Source: a phage
Length of the DNA stretch: 53,024 nt
Sequence record: PZ386956.1
Strand: one strand, 5' to 3'
The notes below the pieces were generated by a model that worked only from the letters and a program-made list of their open reading frames with translations, ran no database searches and had not been told where the DNA came from. The position numbers and the translations under genes are program-made. Shown piece after piece: positions 10,393-20,037 of the stretch (position 1 is the first letter of the stretch; each line of letters begins with the position of its first letter).

Positions 10393-10431
10393 TTTACTTA
10401 ACCGAGGCGCCAGCCTATAATAAGCTGGCGC
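10393..10431 (+). promoter_or_regulatory. promoter TTTACT-N17-TATAAT embedded in an 8-bp inverted repeat
   Basis: TTTACT 10393-10398, TATAAT 10416-10421; arms GCGCCAGC / GCTGGCGC (10407-10414, 10424-10431) flank the -10 element. Confidence 0.4.
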
Positions 10432-10453
10432 ACCCAATAAGAGGATTCTCCAG

Positions 10454-11092
10454 ATGGCAAATCGTACTACAGCCAACCGTCCTGTTAAAGACGCAGACCT
10501 GCGTCAAGAGTCGGTTACTCAGTTCCCGTTATCCAAGCCAACCAAGCTTGACGAGAACGGAAAATTCATTCCAACCCCAGTTACCGGTGTAACTGCTACA
10601 CCTAAGGCTAAGTCAATTGCTGTTGGTGAGTTTACAACTCTGTCAGCAGCAGTAGCCCCGGTAGACGCGGACGACGTTACTGTATTGTGGGAAAGCAATG
10701 CGCCTGACAAAGCCACTGTTGATGGTTCAGGTCGTGTTCAGGGTATTAAAGTTGGTTCAGCAACTATTACTGCTAAATCCAAGCTTGACCTTTCCAAAAC
10801 CGATACTGTAGCAATTACGGTAACTGCTCCGCCTGTAGCCGTCACTGGTGTTACGTTAGCGCCTAAGTCGCCAAGTGTTGTAGTAGGCTCTACTGTACAG
10901 CTGACTGCAACTGTACTGCCTGCTGGCGCTACTAACAAAGCTGTTACCTACGAATCAAACGACCAGGCTAAAGCTACCGTTAGTGCAACTGGTCTGGTTA
11001 CCGGTAAAGCAGCTGGTGTCGTCACCATCACTGTCAAAACAGCTGATGGCAGCTTCACTGACACCGCGTCAGTAACTGTTACTGCTGAGTAA
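10454..11092 (+). CDS. Ig-like (Big_2) domain protein
   Basis: 212 aa with two Big_2-type repeats (VTGVT...VGSTVQLTATVLP...TYESN...ATVSATGLVTG...TITVKTADGS). Confidence 0.6.
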   Translation: MANRTTANRPVKDADLRQESVTQFPLSKPTKLDENGKFIPTPVTGVTATPKAKSIAVGEFTTLSAAVAPVDADDVTVLWESNAPDKATVDGSGRVQGIKVGSATITAKSKLDLSKTDTVAITVTAPPVAVTGVTLAPKSPSVVVGSTVQLTATVLPAGATNKAVTYESNDQAKATVSATGLVTGKAAGVVTITVKTADGSFTDTASVTVTAE

Positions 11093-11103
11093 GGAGCTGA
11101 TTG

Positions 11104-13233
11104 ATGTCGCTTCCACTTAATGAGGTTGTCGACGTCCAGTTCAGTAAGAGCAACGGGGGTAAAGGTTTTACCCCCAATGTTCCGCTGGAAGGTATAATGC
11201 TTTCCAACTACGAGTACTCAATCGTCGCGGGTGATGACCCTGTTCAGCTAGTTGTGCGTTACATTCCAACCAACGCTACTGAGCGTGGTATGGCATGGAA
11301 ATCTAGCGACCCGGACGTTATCACTGTTGATGAGCTCGGATTTGTGAAGCCACTGGCGGAAGGTGTTGCATACGTGACTGGTACGTCTGTTGACGGCGGT
11401 TATACAGTACGGGCAAAGTTTAACATTGCTCGGGCACCTATCCTTGTTGAATCTGTTACAGTGTCTCCCACAAGTGTGACACTTGAAGAGGGCAAGACTC
11501 AACGCCTGACATACACCTATTTACCTGCTAACGCAGATAATCCTGATTTCTACTGGATTTCAGATGATGAGTCTGTTGCTGTCGTTAGCGACAACGGGCT
11601 TGTCACTGCCATTGGAGATGGCGAAACAACTGTAAACGTACAGTACGGTGTTGACAGCTCTATATTCGATAGCTGTACAGTAACTGTTATTCCTCCTGTT
11701 GTGCACGTTACAGGAGTCGAGTTTCTTACTCAGTCACCTCTTAACGTTAATATCGGAAGCACAGCTGGGACTAGTATTCTTATATCGCCAGAAGACGCCA
11801 CTGACAAAACAGTGACGTATGAAAGCAGTGCGCCTGATGTAGCAACTGTGGATACTGACGGAAATGTTACTGGTGTTATAGCTGGTAATGCCACTGTGAC
11901 TGTTAAGACGAATGACGGTGATAAGACTGACACTCTTGATATTATAGTCAGAGTGCCTGCTGTAAATGTTACCGGTGTAAGTATTGACGAAGGCGATACA
12001 GCTTCCATGGAAGTTGGTGACACTCTTCAGCTACATGCCACTGTGACTCCTGAAAATGCTACTGACCCATCTGTTGTATGGAGTGCTCCTGTATCAGAAG
12101 TTGCGTCTGTGACTGAAGCTGGTTTGGTAACCGCTAACGCTGCAGGCTTAATCGATGTTACTGTTATCACTAATGACGGGAACTTTACTGACAGAATCGA
12201 GGTTAAAGTTACAGACCCCAGAATCGCAGTTACGGATGTTGCATGGGCTCCTGACTCTCCGACTAAAGTAAGCGCCGGCCATCAGGTGCAGACTAAAATT
12301 GTTATAACACCTGACAACGCAACCAACAAAAAAGTTAGCTACAATAGCTCAAACCCAGACGCTATTACTGTTGACACTAACGGAGTTATATACGGTCAAT
12401 CGCCTGGAACTTCGACTATTACAGTTACAACAGACGACGGTGGACTTGTTGCCTCATTTGTAGCGACTTGCACAGAGGTGGCTGTTATTACACCAGATGG
12501 TCTTGGGGGTATTCCAATTGGTGGTACTCAGCAGTTCACTTATACTGTTAGTCCGTCTGACGCTGAGCTGACTAATATTCGTTATGAGTCTGCTGACCCA
12601 GCTATTGCAACTGTTGATTCGTCTGGCGTTGTAACTGGTGTTGCTAGCGGCGGATGTAACATCTGGATTTACGCAACTAGCAATGGTGCTGACATTAGCG
12701 CAGCTACTTGGGCACAAATTTCTGAGAAGGTACAGGTCTACCCTCAGTATACCGAATGGCTTGTGGGTAACACCAAACAGCTTGATGTTAAGATTTATCC
12801 GTCTGACTCTAAGAGCGTTACCGTTACTTATGAATCGTCAGATGACACTATCATTAGTGTAGATGCAAATGGCTTGATGACTGCTAAGTCTGAAGGTTCA
12901 GCAACTATTACTGCTAACGTTGTGATGAACGGTGTTGCTGCTTCTGGCACAACATCTCCTTACGTGTCTGAGCTTTCTGTTACTACTGACTCGTTGCCTG
13001 CACTCACTGTTGGTAACACGCAACAGCTGGTTGTAACTGTTAGACCTGAATACGCTAAGACAGACCCAGGATATAACATTCAGTATACAACTACAGACGA
13101 TACTGTCGCTACTGTAAGTAATACCGGTGTTATTACTGGCGTTGGTAACGGTGGATGTCGTATTGGTGCCACAGTAACTGTGAGAAACGCTACAGCGTCG
13201 GACAGCTCTTATCAGTCCGTCGATGCAGCATAA
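11104..13233 (+). CDS. Ig-like (Big_2) repeat protein
   Basis: About seven tandem Big_2-like repeats (recurring VTGV..., TVTPENATD, YESS.PDVATVD motifs); AAGGAG RBS 7 nt before ATG 11104 (track start 11101 is TTG). Confidence 0.65.
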   Translation: MSLPLNEVVDVQFSKSNGGKGFTPNVPLEGIMLSNYEYSIVAGDDPVQLVVRYIPTNATERGMAWKSSDPDVITVDELGFVKPLAEGVAYVTGTSVDGGYTVRAKFNIARAPILVESVTVSPTSVTLEEGKTQRLTYTYLPANADNPDFYWISDDESVAVVSDNGLVTAIGDGETTVNVQYGVDSSIFDSCTVTVIPPVVHVTGVEFLTQSPLNVNIGSTAGTSILISPEDATDKTVTYESSAPDVATVDTDGNVTGVIAGNATVTVKTNDGDKTDTLDIIVRVPAVNVTGVSIDEGDTASMEVGDTLQLHATVTPENATDPSVVWSAPVSEVASVTEAGLVTANAAGLIDVTVITNDGNFTDRIEVKVTDPRIAVTDVAWAPDSPTKVSAGHQVQTKIVITPDNATNKKVSYNSSNPDAITVDTNGVIYGQSPGTSTITVTTDDGGLVASFVATCTEVAVITPDGLGGIPIGGTQQFTYTVSPSDAELTNIRYESADPAIATVDSSGVVTGVASGGCNIWIYATSNGADISAATWAQISEKVQVYPQYTEWLVGNTKQLDVKIYPSDSKSVTVTYESSDDTIISVDANGLMTAKSEGSATITANVVMNGVAASGTTSPYVSELSVTTDSLPALTVGNTQQLVVTVRPEYAKTDPGYNIQYTTTDDTVATVSNTGVITGVGNGGCRIGATVTVRNATASDSSYQSVDAA

Positions 13234-13258
13234 AAATTAATTAACTTTGCACTGGCCA

Positions 13259-13287
13259 TTTACTTGGTTAAACTTACTGGGTATAAT
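13259..13287 (+). promoter_or_regulatory. sigma70-type promoter TTTACT-N17-TATAAT
   Basis: TTTACT 13259-13264, 17-nt spacer, TATAAT 13282-13287 (TGGGTATAAT extended -10) upstream of the tail module. Confidence 0.45.
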
Positions 13288-13319
13288 GGCCGGAAAGTCC
13301 ACCCAAGAGGTAAACAAAA

Positions 13320-14459
13320 ATGCCGTTGAATGTAAACCAGATTGTAAACGTTCAACTGAACAACACTCCAACTGGTATCAGCAAAGGTGACTTCGGTAAG
13401 CTGGCTCTTTTAACTCAGGATCCTGGCACTGCTTTTCCTGACAGCGACAACGGGCACTATGTTGAAATCGGCAGCTACTCTGAAGCCGAGTCTTATTGGG
13501 GTACTGGTTCAGTTGTACTTGGCGCGCTGAAGATTTTCTTTGCACAATCTCCGCGTCCTCGTTCAGTAGTTATCGCCTCATGGAGCAACACCGCTACTCT
13601 GGATGCGGCTATTAAAGCATTCAACGATGTGTATCCTGACTGGTATGTTCTGCGTCCGCTTCCGCCTACTGGCGAGCTGTCTGACGATGACATCAGTTTG
13701 CTGGCGTCAACTGTTGCTGCTTACGATAAAAAACGTTGCAGCTACACTACCACTAAAGCAACTCATATTGAAAACAGCGACTCCAACCCGATTAAAGTTC
13801 TGGCTGGTAAAGGCTACAACAATATGTGGCTTCAGTACGATAAGAACAACCAACACTATGCAGACATTTCTGCTATGGCGCGTGCTCTGTCTGTTAACTT
13901 CTCTGGTAACCGCACTACGATTACCATGAAGTTCAAACAAGAGCCTGGTATTACACCGAACAACACTTTAACGCTCACTGAAGCTAACAAGTGTAAAGCG
14001 CTGGGTATTAACTGGTACACCTACTACAGCACCTTTGCTATGCTTGCAGAAGGTACTGTCCTCGGTACGTCCAAGCCGCCGCGCTTCTGGGATGAAGTAC
14101 ATGGTCTCGACTGGTTCTGTAACGCTGTCCAGACTTATGTCTTCAACTCAATCGCTACGTCACCCACGAAGGTGCCGCAGACGAACAAAGGTCACGAGCG
14201 CCTTACCGGTGCTGCAGCTGTTGCTTGTCAGCAGGCTGTCGACAACGGCTTGGTTGCACCTGGTATCTGGTACGGTGATGAGTTTGGTACACTGTCTTAT
14301 GGTGACCGACTCGAGACAGGTTTCTACATCTACATCCCTGACGTAGATGACCAGCCTCTGGATGAGCGTGAAGCTCGTCAGGCCGTTGTAATGCAAATCG
14401 CGATTAAGCTGGCTGGTGCAATCCACTCCAGTGACATCCTGATTAACTTCACTCGCTAA
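13320..14459 (+). CDS. tail sheath protein (putative)
   Basis: 379-aa first gene of tail operon, followed by a 143-aa tube-sized gene, chaperone with frameshift site and tape measure (Mu/P2-like order). Confidence 0.6.
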   Translation: MPLNVNQIVNVQLNNTPTGISKGDFGKLALLTQDPGTAFPDSDNGHYVEIGSYSEAESYWGTGSVVLGALKIFFAQSPRPRSVVIASWSNTATLDAAIKAFNDVYPDWYVLRPLPPTGELSDDDISLLASTVAAYDKKRCSYTTTKATHIENSDSNPIKVLAGKGYNNMWLQYDKNNQHYADISAMARALSVNFSGNRTTITMKFKQEPGITPNNTLTLTEANKCKALGINWYTYYSTFAMLAEGTVLGTSKPPRFWDEVHGLDWFCNAVQTYVFNSIATSPTKVPQTNKGHERLTGAAAVACQQAVDNGLVAPGIWYGDEFGTLSYGDRLETGFYIYIPDVDDQPLDEREARQAVVMQIAIKLAGAIHSSDILINFTR

Positions 14460-14470
14460 GGAGCAGATCA

Positions 14471-14902
14471 ATGATCATCGATTCTTCTGAATGCGTGTTG
14501 AGCCTGAATGGTGTTCAGCTGTCCGACTGGGCAGACGGTGCCGATGTCATTGACGTGCAATGGGTGGACCCAGCTTCCACCTATCTTGCAGGTGCAGATG
14601 GCAATGGCATTCAGATTATGAACCCGTCCAAAGCCATTAAGCTAACTATCAAGGTTAAGCAAAATGGCCCGGATGCCAAATGGCTTAACGACCAGTACAA
14701 CCTGCAGCGTAACAACATTCGTGGATTTGTCCCGTTTGTGCTGCAAGCCAAAGACCTGCTAAACCAGGATTTGGCATGGGGTAAAAAAGGTTACTTTACC
14801 GATGGTTCCCCGTGGACTCGCGGTAACGGCCATAACCCGACTACCTTCGCTATTGTGTTCCACCAAGGTGGTATGCAGTTGACTGAAGGCTTTGACCAGT
14901 AA
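14471..14902 (+). CDS. tail tube protein (putative)
   Basis: 143-aa ORF between sheath and chaperone genes; RBS GGAG upstream. Confidence 0.6.
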   Translation: MIIDSSECVLSLNGVQLSDWADGADVIDVQWVDPASTYLAGADGNGIQIMNPSKAIKLTIKVKQNGPDAKWLNDQYNLQRNNIRGFVPFVLQAKDLLNQDLAWGKKGYFTDGSPWTRGNGHNPTTFAIVFHQGGMQLTEGFDQ

Positions 14903-14920
14903 CAATAGAGGAAAGCACAA

Positions 14921-15349
14921 ATGACTGAGCCCAAATCATTTGACATCGACGACGTAACGTACAACATGACACTCGCAAACGCGCTGCAAGCCTGGACAGT
15001 CCTGAAAAAAGCAGGTAAGCTGTTCAAAGGCATTGGCAACGCGGACATTGTGGGTAAAGACGGCAAAGTGGACGGTAAGAAAGCAATGCTGGTCCTGTTG
15101 GACGCTGTTCTGGAGAACGCAGGTTCTGACGAGATGACAGCTATTGAGGAACTAATCTTCCGCAATACTGTTGTTGTAGTTGATGGCAAACCGCGTAAGC
15201 TATCTGACTGTAAAGACCAACACTTCAACGCACATCGTAGCCATATCTTCGGTGTGCTCAAGGAGGGATTGGTATATCAGTTCGCGGATTTTTTCAAAGG
15301 GAATGGCCTGTCAGGTCTAGCGGGTCTAGCCACGCCCTTGACGAAATAA
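14921..15349 (+). CDS. tail assembly chaperone
   Basis: 142-aa ORF directly upstream of tape measure gene; contains slippery heptamer T_TTT_TTC near its 3' end. Confidence 0.6.
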   Translation: MTEPKSFDIDDVTYNMTLANALQAWTVLKKAGKLFKGIGNADIVGKDGKVDGKKAMLVLLDAVLENAGSDEMTAIEELIFRNTVVVVDGKPRKLSDCKDQHFNAHRSHIFGVLKEGLVYQFADFFKGNGLSGLAGLATPLTK

Positions 15350-15531
15350 AACGCAAGCAACAGTCAGGGACGCAAGAAACTGACTGGTTCGTTTGGCTTC
15401 CTATTCTCAAGGGTCATGTGACCCTTGCAGAATTAAAGTCGTCTTACAGCTTGTGTGATTTGTGCGACCTGCATATTGCTATTCTGGACTATGCCGAGTT
15501 AGAGGAAATCCATGGCGACCATAATCGATAG
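14921..15531 (+). CDS. tail assembly chaperone, -1 frameshift-extended isoform (predicted)
   Basis: From the slippery site T_TTT_TTC (15289-15295) the -1 frame is open for 81 codons, ending at TAG 15529-15531 just inside the tape measure gene. Confidence 0.4.
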
Positions 15532-17194
15532 CTTTCTGGTAACGCTTGAGAGTAAAGCTGATAGTTCTGGCTTTGACCTCTTCGACCAGCTGTCCCGCCG
15601 TTTTGTGATTACCCTCGGCGATGTAATCAATCTTGCTGAGCGTGCCGCTGGTGCGCTCGGTAGGATGTTTGCGCCTGCGTTAGAGGCTGACGTACTCGCC
15701 GCCAAGATTAAAGGCTTCGGCTACGACGTCGAATCGACGTGGAAAACGCTGATGGATATGTCTTTACAAATGGGCACACCATTTCAAGAGGCACTCGACG
15801 GCTTTACTAAACTTAAATCGTATGGCGTTGACCCGTTAAACGGTTCGCTACAAATGCTCAAAACAATCACTGCTGCAACAGGCGGTGATTTGGCACGTAC
15901 CATTGTTGCGTATGGCCAGGCGTCTGCTATGGGTTCATTGCAGGGCCAGGAAAAGAACCAGTTCATTAACGCCGGTGTTGACATCTGGGGCGCATTGTCC
16001 CGCTACACTGGTAAGAAGCTTGGCGAGCTTCAGGATATGATGCGGCAGAAGCAAATCACTGCCGACATACTGACTAGCGCGCTCAAACAAGAAGCCGAAC
16101 GTTTAAAACCAATTGCCCACGAAGTGTCACAGACACTCAAAGCGCAGTTAACTAACCTGGGCACAATTTGGTATGCTGCTCGTTCTAAGATTGCCCAGAC
16201 CAGAATATGGGATGAGGTAACTAAAGGCGCGATAGGTATGGTTAAGTCACTCACAGCAGTGCTTAACGATACCACACTTACTGCGGCGTTTAAAAAGTTC
16301 GACGAAGTTGTATTCAATACAATTGAAAACGTAAAACGACTTATCTATGTTATCGGGGATAACTTCCCGTTAATGGTTGCGATAACATCATACGCACTGC
16401 TGTCACTTATTCCCGTGCTGGCGGCACTTATTCCCTGGCTAGCCAAGGTCGGCAACGCCTTTGTGGGTTTAGCTACCAAAATGCTTATGAATCCGCTCAC
16501 GTGGTTTGCACTGGCTATCGGCACAGTTGTTGCTGTACTCACTGACCTCGACGACGCTCTGGCAGGACGTGAGACAGTTGTTAAGTGGTCAAAAGATGTT
16601 GTAGCCGCATGGGGAATTGTCAAGCAGTATATCGTAGTTATTGCAGACTTTATTCTGTCAATATTTGACGGTCGCTTATGGAACAAACTCGGTAACTGGT
16701 GGCAAGGTTTCCTTGTTGAAGTTAAGCAAGGCATAGAGCAAATAAAGCTGTGGTTGTCTGAAGCGCTTTACCAGCTGCCTGGTGGTAAGTTCCTGATGGC
16801 GTTGTTTGGTAAGCTCGATTCTACACTGGGCTTTGCTGGCAACAAACTTGTGGCAGGCGCTGAAGCTACTGCTAATGCTGTATCACCTACAACTGAACGG
16901 GGCGGAAGCTTCTGGAGTAGGGCACTCAACTGGTCTATGCGTAACTTCAACCCTATTACAGGGGAGATGACAGCTGGAGGCCAGGCTATGCAGTCAGCTA
17001 TAAATACAGCTAAGCAAAACCAACAACAGAACGCAACTGTTATCCATCAGGATAATAGCGTTAAAGTTGATGCTACTATTACCGGTGTACAGAACCCACA
17101 AGAAGTAGGTCGTGAGGTCAATGACCAGGTCAAACAGGCGCAGAAAGAGAATGCTACTGTAAGGGCCAACAACAAAACGGCGGTAACACAATGA
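15512..17194 (+). CDS. tail tape measure protein
   Basis: 560 aa, helical with central hydrophobic segments (LMVAITSYALLSLIPVLAALIPWLAKVG..., LTWFALAIGTVVAVL), canonical position after the chaperone. Confidence 0.8.
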   Translation: MATIIDSFLVTLESKADSSGFDLFDQLSRRFVITLGDVINLAERAAGALGRMFAPALEADVLAAKIKGFGYDVESTWKTLMDMSLQMGTPFQEALDGFTKLKSYGVDPLNGSLQMLKTITAATGGDLARTIVAYGQASAMGSLQGQEKNQFINAGVDIWGALSRYTGKKLGELQDMMRQKQITADILTSALKQEAERLKPIAHEVSQTLKAQLTNLGTIWYAARSKIAQTRIWDEVTKGAIGMVKSLTAVLNDTTLTAAFKKFDEVVFNTIENVKRLIYVIGDNFPLMVAITSYALLSLIPVLAALIPWLAKVGNAFVGLATKMLMNPLTWFALAIGTVVAVLTDLDDALAGRETVVKWSKDVVAAWGIVKQYIVVIADFILSIFDGRLWNKLGNWWQGFLVEVKQGIEQIKLWLSEALYQLPGGKFLMALFGKLDSTLGFAGNKLVAGAEATANAVSPTTERGGSFWSRALNWSMRNFNPITGEMTAGGQAMQSAINTAKQNQQQNATVIHQDNSVKVDATITGVQNPQEVGREVNDQVKQAQKENATVRANNKTAVTQ

Positions 17195-18087
17195 GTGACA
17201 TCTTTGCTGGAATTACTGATGCTGCCAACGACTTGTACCAAGATGCCCGTGACAGACTCATGGGCGACGGTACAACCACCTTACGCTTCCGCAACTGCGG
17301 AGGCATTAAGATGGATGCTGTCACTAACGAAGAACATCAGTCTGACCTTGACATCGCTGACAACGAACTTGAGTCCGGGGCTAAGGCTTCGGACCATGCT
17401 GCAGTACAACCAAAAGTTATTACTGTAACTGGTGTTGTAGTTGGCTATATCGACGAGTCGATTCAAGAGTCAACAATTAACGACGTAACCGGCTTACGGT
17501 CTATGGATTTCTTGGATGATATTCAGCTTCCACAGGTAGTGTCTACTGTCCTCGAAGGAACAAGGGACTTTGCCGTTAACAAGCTAGTCTCATTCATAGA
17601 CTGGGGCGGTTTAGACGCCACCATTTCACGCTCTTTAGTTCCATGGCTTCCTGACTTTAGTATAGCTGAACAACTTAAGTCTTCGGACAACATGAGGATT
17701 GAACAGGTATACCGTACACTGCTGGATTTACAGAAAAACGTTATTTACTGTGACGTTGATACTGGTATCTTCAAGTATACGAATATGCTTTTGAAGTCTG
17801 TTCGTGTTGTGCAGGAGAAAGATGGTTCAGCTACGTTTACCCTTACGTTCCGTGAAGTCATTGAAGTACCGATTGTAGTTACAAACGCTGTAGCCGCTAA
17901 GTCGACAGGCCGCCCTGCTAATAACGGCACTAAGAAAAGCGGACGTGCACAAGGTCAGGGTGATGCCACCAGTAAGAAGGACATAAACACAACTACACCG
18001 ATTAGCGAGAAACGTGTAAACGATAACCGCGGTTTTGGTGTAACGCTCGGTGACATGTTTGGCTTTAACTTACGAGGCATATTCTGA
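17191..18087 (+). CDS. tail/baseplate protein (Mu gpN-like position)
   Basis: 298-aa ORF overlapping the tape measure stop (ATGA); function from synteny only. Confidence 0.45.
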   Translation: MSDIFAGITDAANDLYQDARDRLMGDGTTTLRFRNCGGIKMDAVTNEEHQSDLDIADNELESGAKASDHAAVQPKVITVTGVVVGYIDESIQESTINDVTGLRSMDFLDDIQLPQVVSTVLEGTRDFAVNKLVSFIDWGGLDATISRSLVPWLPDFSIAEQLKSSDNMRIEQVYRTLLDLQKNVIYCDVDTGIFKYTNMLLKSVRVVQEKDGSATFTLTFREVIEVPIVVTNAVAAKSTGRPANNGTKKSGRAQGQGDATSKKDINTTTPISEKRVNDNRGFGVTLGDMFGFNLRGIF

Positions 18088-18479
18088 TGATATTTACCAC
18101 AACTGCTTTCCTTGACATTATAGGTAATGATGGTTCTGGTATTTACGACTTGGAACCTACCTCCGAAGGTAAGCAATCAATATCAATTTCTATCGCTGGA
18201 TATACGTATAACATTGAGTTGTACTATAACACGGTAGGTCAGCTCTGGCAGGCTACAGTGACTGACATATCAAGTAATGCTGTACTTTGTTCCAGTTATG
18301 CTTTACAATATGGGCGTATTGCTTTTGGTAACTGGGACACGCGTATAGCGTTGCTGGTAAGTGACAAATCCTCCAGCCGCATCGGTCCTATGACTACAGA
18401 TGACATGGGAGGACGTTGCAGTGTCTACATCGTCGACAAAACAGCCTACCCGTCAGTTTGGCCGCGCGTTAAAGCTTGA
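18087..18479 (+). CDS. baseplate-associated hypothetical protein
   Basis: 130-aa ORF coupled to upstream gene. Confidence 0.4.
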   Translation: MIFTTTAFLDIIGNDGSGIYDLEPTSEGKQSISISIAGYTYNIELYYNTVGQLWQATVTDISSNAVLCSSYALQYGRIAFGNWDTRIALLVSDKSSSRIGPMTTDDMGGRCSVYIVDKTAYPSVWPRVKA

Positions 18480-19380
18480 GGTCAGCAACGGTAAAGATGA
18501 AGGCATAATCATCTCAAATCTTCGTGTTACCTTTGACATTCAAAAGGGTAACACGAAGCATCCGAATAAAGCGACAATCACAGTGTTTAACTTGACTGAA
18601 TCCAACCGTTATAAGTTGGCGTCAGGTATCTGGGATTACGTCCGTCTCTCTGTGGGTTACGGTCTTGACAACATAGTTTATCGTTTGATATTCGAAGGCG
18701 ATATTACTCGTGCTAACGACCAACGAAACGGCCTTGACATTCAGACTGTTCTCGAATGTGGCGATGCCCGTAAATCTTACAACGATGGCTTTGTTAATAC
18801 GACGCTGGCTGCTGGTTCTACGTATGACAGTGTTGTTGACGTTTGCCTGGCTAGCATGCCAAACGTTGAAGAAGGGTACGTCTGCCTTAACAGCAACAAA
18901 CCAGCTTTCCTGAGAGCACGTACTCTGTTCGGACAAACGCACAGCATACTCGACCAGGTTGCTGCTGCCAACAAGGCTACCTGGTCTATACAAGACAATA
19001 AACTCAATATCATTCCTAACGACTCTGTTACTGACTACGACGTTGTTGTGCTGTCAGAATCGTCTGGTATGATTGGTGCTCCTCGCGGCACAGACAAAGG
19101 TCTTGAGGTTACTTGCAACCTGAATCCTTCTCTGGCCATCGGTGGTCTTGTACAAGTAAATTCTATGTTTACACAGTACAACGGACAGTATAAAATCGAC
19201 ACTATAAGATTTCGGGGTGACAATAAACCGAAAGGACCGTGGCGTGCTGACTTGACGGTTCTCGGTGGACAATTTGCGAAGAAAGTTCGTCGACTCAAGA
19301 AGCCACGCAAACTGTCGAAGATTGAGTACGACTATGTTACTGAACCCGGTGTTGACCATACAGTAGGCGGAGGTAGCTGA
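18421..19380 (+). CDS. baseplate hub-like protein (Mu gpP / P2 gpD-like position)
   Basis: Start set at GTG 18421 with GGGAGG 8 nt upstream (track start ATG 18400 lacks an RBS); 319 aa. Confidence 0.5.
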   Translation: MSTSSTKQPTRQFGRALKLEVSNGKDEGIIISNLRVTFDIQKGNTKHPNKATITVFNLTESNRYKLASGIWDYVRLSVGYGLDNIVYRLIFEGDITRANDQRNGLDIQTVLECGDARKSYNDGFVNTTLAAGSTYDSVVDVCLASMPNVEEGYVCLNSNKPAFLRARTLFGQTHSILDQVAAANKATWSIQDNKLNIIPNDSVTDYDVVVLSESSGMIGAPRGTDKGLEVTCNLNPSLAIGGLVQVNSMFTQYNGQYKIDTIRFRGDNKPKGPWRADLTVLGGQFAKKVRRLKKPRKLSKIEYDYVTEPGVDHTVGGGS

Positions 19381-20027
19381 TGTCAGCTATTGACTATAAT
19401 ACAGCAACACTTGATGAGGCCATTGAGGCTGCACTGTTTGCTGCAATGATTGGTAAGCGCCACTGTTTACCTGGCCGCATAGTATCGTTTAACAGCAACC
19501 TACAGACTGTTGTTGTTGAACCTATGGTTAGTGCCGAAAACGAAGATGGTTCAATGAGACCACTACCACCAGCAGCTGATGTTCCTTTATTCCAGCTAGG
19601 CGGTGGTGATTTTGTTATAACGCTTGAACCAAAGAAAGGCGACCCGTGCTTACTTCTTGTTGCCGACAGATGTATTGACGTATGGTATGAGCTGGCTGAA
19701 AACGCTATACCAGGTGACTTCCGACAGAATGACCTGTCAGACTGCTTCTGTCTTGTGGGCTTCAGACCTAAGCCTCTGAAGATAACAAACTGGATGGAAG
19801 GCGTAACTATACGTAAGGTTGACGGAAGTCACTATATCAATATTAATAATGCTGGCAAGGTATCGATAAAGGCTACAGCAGTGGACTTGCTTGATACACC
19901 AACACTTAATGCACCAAACACAGAAGCCAAGTTTAAAGAAGTTGACATTGGCGGCGTTAAGATGTCCAAACACAGACACCAAGAAAATGGTGACGGTGGC
20001 GGTATTACTAATGGCCCGCAAAACTAG
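19380..20027 (+). CDS. baseplate assembly/spike protein (gpV-like)
   Basis: 215 aa, coupled start, size and position match gpV/Mu gp45 class. Confidence 0.5.
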   Translation: MSAIDYNTATLDEAIEAALFAAMIGKRHCLPGRIVSFNSNLQTVVVEPMVSAENEDGSMRPLPPAADVPLFQLGGGDFVITLEPKKGDPCLLLVADRCIDVWYELAENAIPGDFRQNDLSDCFCLVGFRPKPLKITNWMEGVTIRKVDGSHYININNAGKVSIKATAVDLLDTPTLNAPNTEAKFKEVDIGGVKMSKHRHQENGDGGGITNGPQN

Positions 20028-20037
20028 GTAACCCACA

